IMG/VR virus record: IMGVR_UViG_3300027714_000050
Span: 1 to 36,631 of that record
DNA: 36,631 nt
Source: a virus
Taxonomy: Duplodnaviria; Caudoviricetes
Strand: one strand, 5' to 3'
Shown here: piece after piece, positions 27,772 through 33,900 of the stretch
Layout of the letters: every line of letters starts with the position of its first letter
How positions within the stretch are numbered: position 1 is the first letter of the stretch
The notes under the pieces: model-generated
Told to the model about the DNA's origin: nothing
The model's database searches: none
The model's input: only the letters and a program-made list of their open reading frames with translations
Program-made: the position numbers and the translations under genes

Positions 27772-28929
27772 ATGAGCGATTTTTTTGGAAAAGGAGCTAA
27801 AAACTCTCAAACAGCAACAATGAACAAGATGATGGGCATGGCTCAAGATCAAGTTGATATGTTTGGAGAAGAGCGTGATGCAGCAAAACAACAAGCCGCA
27901 GCGTCTAGGGAGGATTTTGCTAATTTTGAATTTACAAATCCATATGCTGATGCGCAAAACGTATATGCTGGAGCAAAAAATACATTTGCCGGCGCAAAAA
28001 ATACTTTTGCTGGCATGGATAATGCTTATGCTGGTTTAGACAATAAGTATGAAGGCATGGAGAACCGCTTTGAAGATATGACGGTTGATATGCGTGCAGC
28101 TGATTTTCAAGCGCAACAAGGCCGACAACAACGATCAGACATAATGCAAGGCCTTAGAGGAGCGGCGGGTTCAAGTGGCGTAGGTGGTTTAGCCCAGTCA
28201 TTAGCTAACGCTGGTGCAATGCAATCCCAACAAATAGCAGCTGGTATTGGACAACAAGAAAGACAAAATGCTATGATGACGGCTCAAGAAGGTTCAAGGA
28301 TAGATCAGTTACAAAGAGGCGCTGGTATGCAGCTTCAGCAATTAGAAGCTGGTGGAACAATGGCAAACCAGCAAATGGCTGCACAAGGAGCTATGCAACA
28401 ACAAAACATGCAAATGTCTGGCGCAATGCAGCAACAACAAATGCAAATGGCAGGTGCCGCCGCTCAACAAGACATGATACTAGGTGGTGATGCCGCTGTT
28501 CAAGCCGCTCAGTTTGGACAACAATCAACTCTTTTAGGCATGGATTATGCTAATTTAGCTGGAGCAAATGCAGGCTACCAAAGCGCTTTAACAAATCAAA
28601 TGTCTGGTATGGGTATGAAAGCAGATATGTATGGATCGCAATCACAAAACAATATGTTTAATAATATATTAAGCGCTGGTGGGCAGGCTGCAGGAGCATA
28701 TTTTGGCGCTAAATCTGACAGAAGATTAAAGAAAAACATAAACAAAATTGGTGAATCACCTAGCGGATTAAACATATATTCATTTGAATATATAAATTCA
28801 AAAGATGGAAAAGGGTTGTGGCAAGGTGTAATGTCTGATGAAATACCACCAAAAGCAGTCATACTAATGGATAATGGTTATGATGCCGTTAACTACAATA
28901 TGTTAGACGTAGAATTTAAACAAATATAA
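27772..28929 (+). CDS. Probable ejection/pilot protein with a C-terminal Peptidase S74-like (intramolecular chaperone) domain
   Basis: Q/A/M/G-rich helical body; C-terminal SDRRLKKNI...IYSFEY...GVMSDE...AV...VNY. Confidence 0.65.
   Translation: MSDFFGKGAKNSQTATMNKMMGMAQDQVDMFGEERDAAKQQAAASREDFANFEFTNPYADAQNVYAGAKNTFAGAKNTFAGMDNAYAGLDNKYEGMENRFEDMTVDMRAADFQAQQGRQQRSDIMQGLRGAAGSSGVGGLAQSLANAGAMQSQQIAAGIGQQERQNAMMTAQEGSRIDQLQRGAGMQLQQLEAGGTMANQQMAAQGAMQQQNMQMSGAMQQQQMQMAGAAAQQDMILGGDAAVQAAQFGQQSTLLGMDYANLAGANAGYQSALTNQMSGMGMKADMYGSQSQNNMFNNILSAGGQAAGAYFGAKSDRRLKKNINKIGESPSGLNIYSFEYINSKDGKGLWQGVMSDEIPPKAVILMDNGYDAVNYNMLDVEFKQI
27937..28083 (+). repeat. Seven degenerate 21-nt (7-aa) tandem repeats, N-x-(Y/F)-(A/E)-(G/D)-x-x
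   Basis: NPYADAQ NVYAGAK NTFAGAK NTFAGMD NAYAGLD NKYEGME NRFEDMT. Confidence 0.85.
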
Positions 28930-28931
28930 AC

Positions 28932-30896
28932 ATGGCAATAAAATTAAACCAGGGTGCAGATGCAACTATAGTTGGCGCAGCTTATAGGGCTGCAATAGCT
29001 AATACTCCCGGAGATTACGGTAGAACATTTGAAAAAGCAGCTGAAAGCTACGGTAAAACAATGAAGGCACAATCAGAAACATTTGGTAACATTGTTAAAT
29101 TAGGATCTGTTATTGGTGGTAGAATGATTGCTAACGCTCAAGAGTTAACCGATATGTCTGCTAAAGCTAATCAGTTAAATCCAGATGATGCTGCATTCAT
29201 AATAGATGAAATATATGGCATTAAAGATGCTCAAAAAGAATTGTTTGGTATTGGCTTTTTACAATCAAGAGAAACTAGACAAAAAAAAGCTGAATTAAAA
29301 TTAGATCAACAAAAACTTTTTGCTGAAATAGATGGGGCTGCATTGAGTATAAAAAAAGGAACAGAAGCTGTTGCGGCGGGTTTGTTTGATGCAGATTTAA
29401 ACGAAGTAGAAGGTGAGATAGTAAATGCTATTATAAAAAGCGGTTTAAAAAACAAGATTACAGAAGAAAAGAATTTTGCTAAACTTGGTCGTGACGAAAC
29501 TACAGGGGAATTAATGTATACTTTGTATAAAGAAAATGGTGAATTAGCTGATTTAGATGGTAGCGGCAAACCTGTTACAATGACTATAAAACAATTTAAC
29601 AAAAGTATAGCTACTAACGTTAATGATGGTGGAGCTCTAGCGCAAAGCCTTGATGCAGAGGTTAATAGAATAGTAAACGCAGGTAATAAAAGTTTAAACG
29701 GTACTTATGATCCTGAAATGAAACAAATGCATTTAAATGGATTAGATAAAGTAATTAAAACTAAAACCGATTTAAAAAGAGCAATGAAAGCACAGTTTGG
29801 TATATCAAACACTTCGTTTCAAGATGACTTGCTAACGGAGGGAACACCAATATCACTTGATTTGTACAACACTTTATTGTCAGTTACTGGAAGTGGTGAA
29901 GAGATTCCTTTAGATAAAGGCATAACTCAAGGTGTTGATAAAGAAGGTAATAAAATTACTATGGAAGATACAGATGGTAGTGGTGGTATAAGCGCTACCG
30001 AGCTTCAAAACTCTAAAAACTACGGTATTTTAGCTGCTAATGTATTAGGCATGAAAGATTATGAAGTTAGTAAAGCATATTTTAAAGAGTATACAACTCA
30101 AAACTTTGAAGCTGCTTACAAATATGGGTATAGCAATAAAGCACCTGTACCTGGAAAGACAGATGGAACAGATGGTAAACTTTCTTGGGTTGGTACTAAC
30201 GAGCGATTAAATGTCCAAGGTGGTAATAGAAATGTAGATTATGAAACAGGTAAAGATATATATGATGCTTTTGAACTAGCAAGTCAGGGCGAAGCCGCTA
30301 CTTTTAATTTATTCAATGTGGCATACAGGTATGACTCTAAAAATAACACTTGGACAGATAGTAAGAATGAGAATAAAGGTAATTCTAATCAACTTAGAAA
30401 TATTTTAGGTATATCAGAGCCTGACTTTAAAGCTTTAACAAAAAATGCCGGCGTAATACAAACAGGCAAGGATGAAGTTGTTTTTTTTGATAATACCCCA
30501 GAAATGCAAACGAATAAAACAATTTTTAAAGATATAGACGTTGGTGATGATGACGATGCTGCGGAAAATTTAAATTCGCGCTTTGGGCTTGATAGAAGAT
30601 CAGACGTAATGTTTGCTCCTTATTCAAAAAGTAATTTTGGTACATACGCTCAAACCGGACAAAGCGGTATTGGTACCGATCTTTTTAACTCTGATAAATT
30701 AAATTCTAACGATATAATGATGTATGATCCAATAAAAAAAGAACCAATAAAAATTAATGGTAAAATAGTTAGGTTTAAAACAGGAGACGAAGCTTTTGTT
30801 AAAGGCGACGGTTCAAACCCTACCGCTGATGAAATAATAAGAATCCTTAAGGAAAAATACAAAATAGAATACGATCCATATAAACCTCAAAAATAA
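28932..30896 (+). CDS. Probable second ejection/internal virion protein
   Basis: 654 aa with a helical N-half; lies between the pilot-like and giant genes; contains an EF-hand-like loop DTDGSGGISATE. Confidence 0.6.
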   Translation: MAIKLNQGADATIVGAAYRAAIANTPGDYGRTFEKAAESYGKTMKAQSETFGNIVKLGSVIGGRMIANAQELTDMSAKANQLNPDDAAFIIDEIYGIKDAQKELFGIGFLQSRETRQKKAELKLDQQKLFAEIDGAALSIKKGTEAVAAGLFDADLNEVEGEIVNAIIKSGLKNKITEEKNFAKLGRDETTGELMYTLYKENGELADLDGSGKPVTMTIKQFNKSIATNVNDGGALAQSLDAEVNRIVNAGNKSLNGTYDPEMKQMHLNGLDKVIKTKTDLKRAMKAQFGISNTSFQDDLLTEGTPISLDLYNTLLSVTGSGEEIPLDKGITQGVDKEGNKITMEDTDGSGGISATELQNSKNYGILAANVLGMKDYEVSKAYFKEYTTQNFEAAYKYGYSNKAPVPGKTDGTDGKLSWVGTNERLNVQGGNRNVDYETGKDIYDAFELASQGEAATFNLFNVAYRYDSKNNTWTDSKNENKGNSNQLRNILGISEPDFKALTKNAGVIQTGKDEVVFFDNTPEMQTNKTIFKDIDVGDDDDAAENLNSRFGLDRRSDVMFAPYSKSNFGTYAQTGQSGIGTDLFNSDKLNSNDIMMYDPIKKEPIKINGKIVRFKTGDEAFVKGDGSNPTADEIIRILKEKYKIEYDPYKPQK

Positions 30897-30901
30897 ATAA
30901 T

Positions 30902-33900
30902 ATGTTTGAATTAAACGGAGAAGAAGTAACTTTAGATTTTTTGCGTAAAAAAGCGTATCAGTACGATATGGACTTTGACTCGTATTTGCAGCAAATGAAA
31001 AAACAAGGCCTTGTGGAAAAGCAAGCAGACTCGACGGTAGATCCGACGATGAGTCAAGACGATATGGGATCACAATCGGTGGATGGTTCTTCGGAATTAC
31101 CAGAAGATAAAGGTTGGTTTGAAGATATGTATACCGCTATAAAAGGCGGTGCGGCTGTAGGTGGTAGTGTTGGTGAGGCTTTTGATGTTTATAGACAAGG
31201 ACGTAATATATCAGATAAAGACTTAAAAGGTTTTATTGATGCCGCTAAAGCCATGGAGAACAATCCAGAGACTAACGAGGCTGTGTCTTGGAGAAACGAC
31301 ATGAAAAAACATGGTAGTGGTGCATTGGGTGGTTTTATGGCGTTGTTAGAAAACCCTGGTTATTTTCCACAATTTATAGCTTCTTCAATGTCTACAATGG
31401 CTTCTTCTCTTTTTGACTCAGAAGAAGTTGCAGCAGCCACAGGGGTTGGCGCTGGTAGTGGTGCAGCTGTAGGATCTGGTATTGGAGCTTTAGCCGGCAC
31501 CGTAGGTGGTCCAATTGGTAATTTTTTAGGCTATATTGGTGGCGCTGGAGCAGGAGCAATGGGAGGTGGTATGGCTGGTTTAGTAGGGGCTATGGAAACT
31601 GGCTTAACTTTAACAGACTTGTTAAGAGAAGAGCTAGGTGAAAGTGATTTTAATCAAAAAAACATTAGAGCCTTATTAAACGATAAAGATGTTATGGATA
31701 GAGTTAAATCAAAATCTTTAGCTAGAGGCCTTACTATTGGCGCTGTAGAGGGTTTAACTTTTGGTTTATCTAGAGGTGTTGGTGGTAAAATGCTTGGGGC
31801 AGCACTATCAAAAGGTACAGTTGGTTTATCAAAAGCAGGTTTAAAAACAGGTGCAAAAATAGCAGGCGCAACAACTGCTATAGAAATGACCGGGGGCGCT
31901 GGTGGTGAAGCATTAGGTATGCTAGCGGCGGGTCAAGAGCTCAAGGGTGAAGAAATATTTTTAGAAGCAATAGGTGAGGCTAAAGGTGTTGTTAACACCT
32001 CTGATTTTGTTAAAGCTGCTATTACTAAAAGCTCTTATAAGTTAAACAAAGAAGAAGTAACAGCGGCTAAAATAAAAGAAATTATAGATAACCCGAACAC
32101 CTCTCAAGCTGATTTAGCTAAAATGAACATAGAGGTAACTGGAGACAAAGCTTTCGATGCTTACGTAAAGAAGAAACAAAGTGACGCAGAAATAGACACT
32201 CAAATAGACGAAAGAATCACTGACAAAGCTGATAGAAAAAAATTAGTTGAGCTAGAAGTAAAAAGAAATAAAGCAAAAGCTGATGTTAAAAAAGAAGGTT
32301 CTTTAAAAGTTTTAAATGCCGACCAAGCATTGTTAGATGTAGAAGCTGAAATAGAAACACTTTTAAATAAATACGAAGGTGCGGTTGGTTTTGGCGAAAC
32401 AACAAGCGCTAAAGAAGTTAAAGCGGTAGTTGCACAGAAAGTGTTTGAAGGTAATATGGCATTTGCCAAAAAGCACAGTGAATTATATAATTTAAAATTT
32501 ACAGAGTTAACTCAAGCAGAAATAATAGAAAAATATAAAGGTACTGAAAATGCAGATCTAGCAAACTCCTTAGGTGGTATTATTGGAGACGAAATAATAA
32601 TAAATAAAGATCTAGCAAAAAGTAGAGTTTATGGCGATAATGTCGGTAACCATGAATTATTACATGGTATAATTAAAGCTAGTGGACAGCTAAAAAATAT
32701 AACCCAAGAAACAATAGACGATTTTTTAAACGTTATAGGCAAAGATAATGCTGCAAAAATTCAAAAAAGATTAAGTGATAATTATGATGCTGATTATATA
32801 TCTAAAAATCTTGACGAGTATTTCACTGCTTTTTCTGACGCTATAGCTAATAAAGAAATTGCTTTTAATGATAGTGTGTTTACAAAAATGGCAGATGTTA
32901 TTAGAAGAATGTTTGCTAGTATCGGGTTTGCAAAAGTAGATTTTGAAAGCGGACGTGGAGCTTATAACTTTTTAAAAGATTATAACAAAAGTATACACAA
33001 AGGCAGTTTAAGCAGTGGTATTGTTGAGGCAACAAAAGGATCCGGAGCAGTGGTTGATAGTAAGTTTTCTAAATCATCTACTAACGATATAAATAAACTT
33101 GGTAAAGTTGATAAAGACGGCAACAACCTTGAAGAAGAAGGTACTGGTAATTTTTATTACCAAGCAGAAGCTGATGATATAGTAAGAACAATAGAAGAAA
33201 AAGGTTATTTAGATGGTTTAATAAGATCTAAGTACAAAGCTGAAAAAGTTCCACCTAACTTTGTCAAACAAGTTATGTCAGAGTTATCAGCGCATATAAA
33301 AGCATATAAACCAGAAAGAAAAAATGAAAGTGGATTATTTGGTTGGATAAACTCACAGATATCAAACAAAGCAAACGCCGTTTACAATAGAGAGTACAAG
33401 GTTGATGACGAGATGAAAGGCGCTAAAGACATAGGTAAGACAACTAAAGAAGGCGAGGTTAAGGTTCAAGTTGCAGCCGAAACAGATGCTGCTGTAACAG
33501 CTTTTGAATCAGAAGATTTATCACCTGCAGCTCAAGCAAAGAAAAAAGCCGACAAAGCTAAGGGCAAAGAAAAAGTTGAGTCTAAGTTTAGAAGACAAAT
33601 AGGTATAGAAACTGGAGGTATCCTGTACAACAAAGTGTTAGATGCTGCGCGTAAATCTTTATTAAGAGCATACGAAGCAGGTACATCGGTAAGAAATATA
33701 CAAAGAAAACTAAGAGATGAAGCTAATGTATACCTGTTTAAGGACATTAAAAACTTCTTAGGTACTAAAGATTACATTAAAAGATTAAAAGAGTTTAGAG
33801 TGCCTATAATGAACTCTATATTCACCGCTGACTTAGTACAGATGGAGCGTAATACGCCTGAAGGTGAAAGAGTGTTTACTAGGTTTGTAAGAAAACTTAC

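Noticed and set aside
21594-28039. Nested + strand ORFs 21594-21776 and 27854-28039
   Set aside because: Shadow frames of the host genes; the second simply mirrors the 21-nt repeat.
27937-28083. Possible CRISPR-like or DGR repeat
   Set aside because: Contiguous in-frame coding repeats with no spacers; no cas or reverse transcriptase gene in the window.
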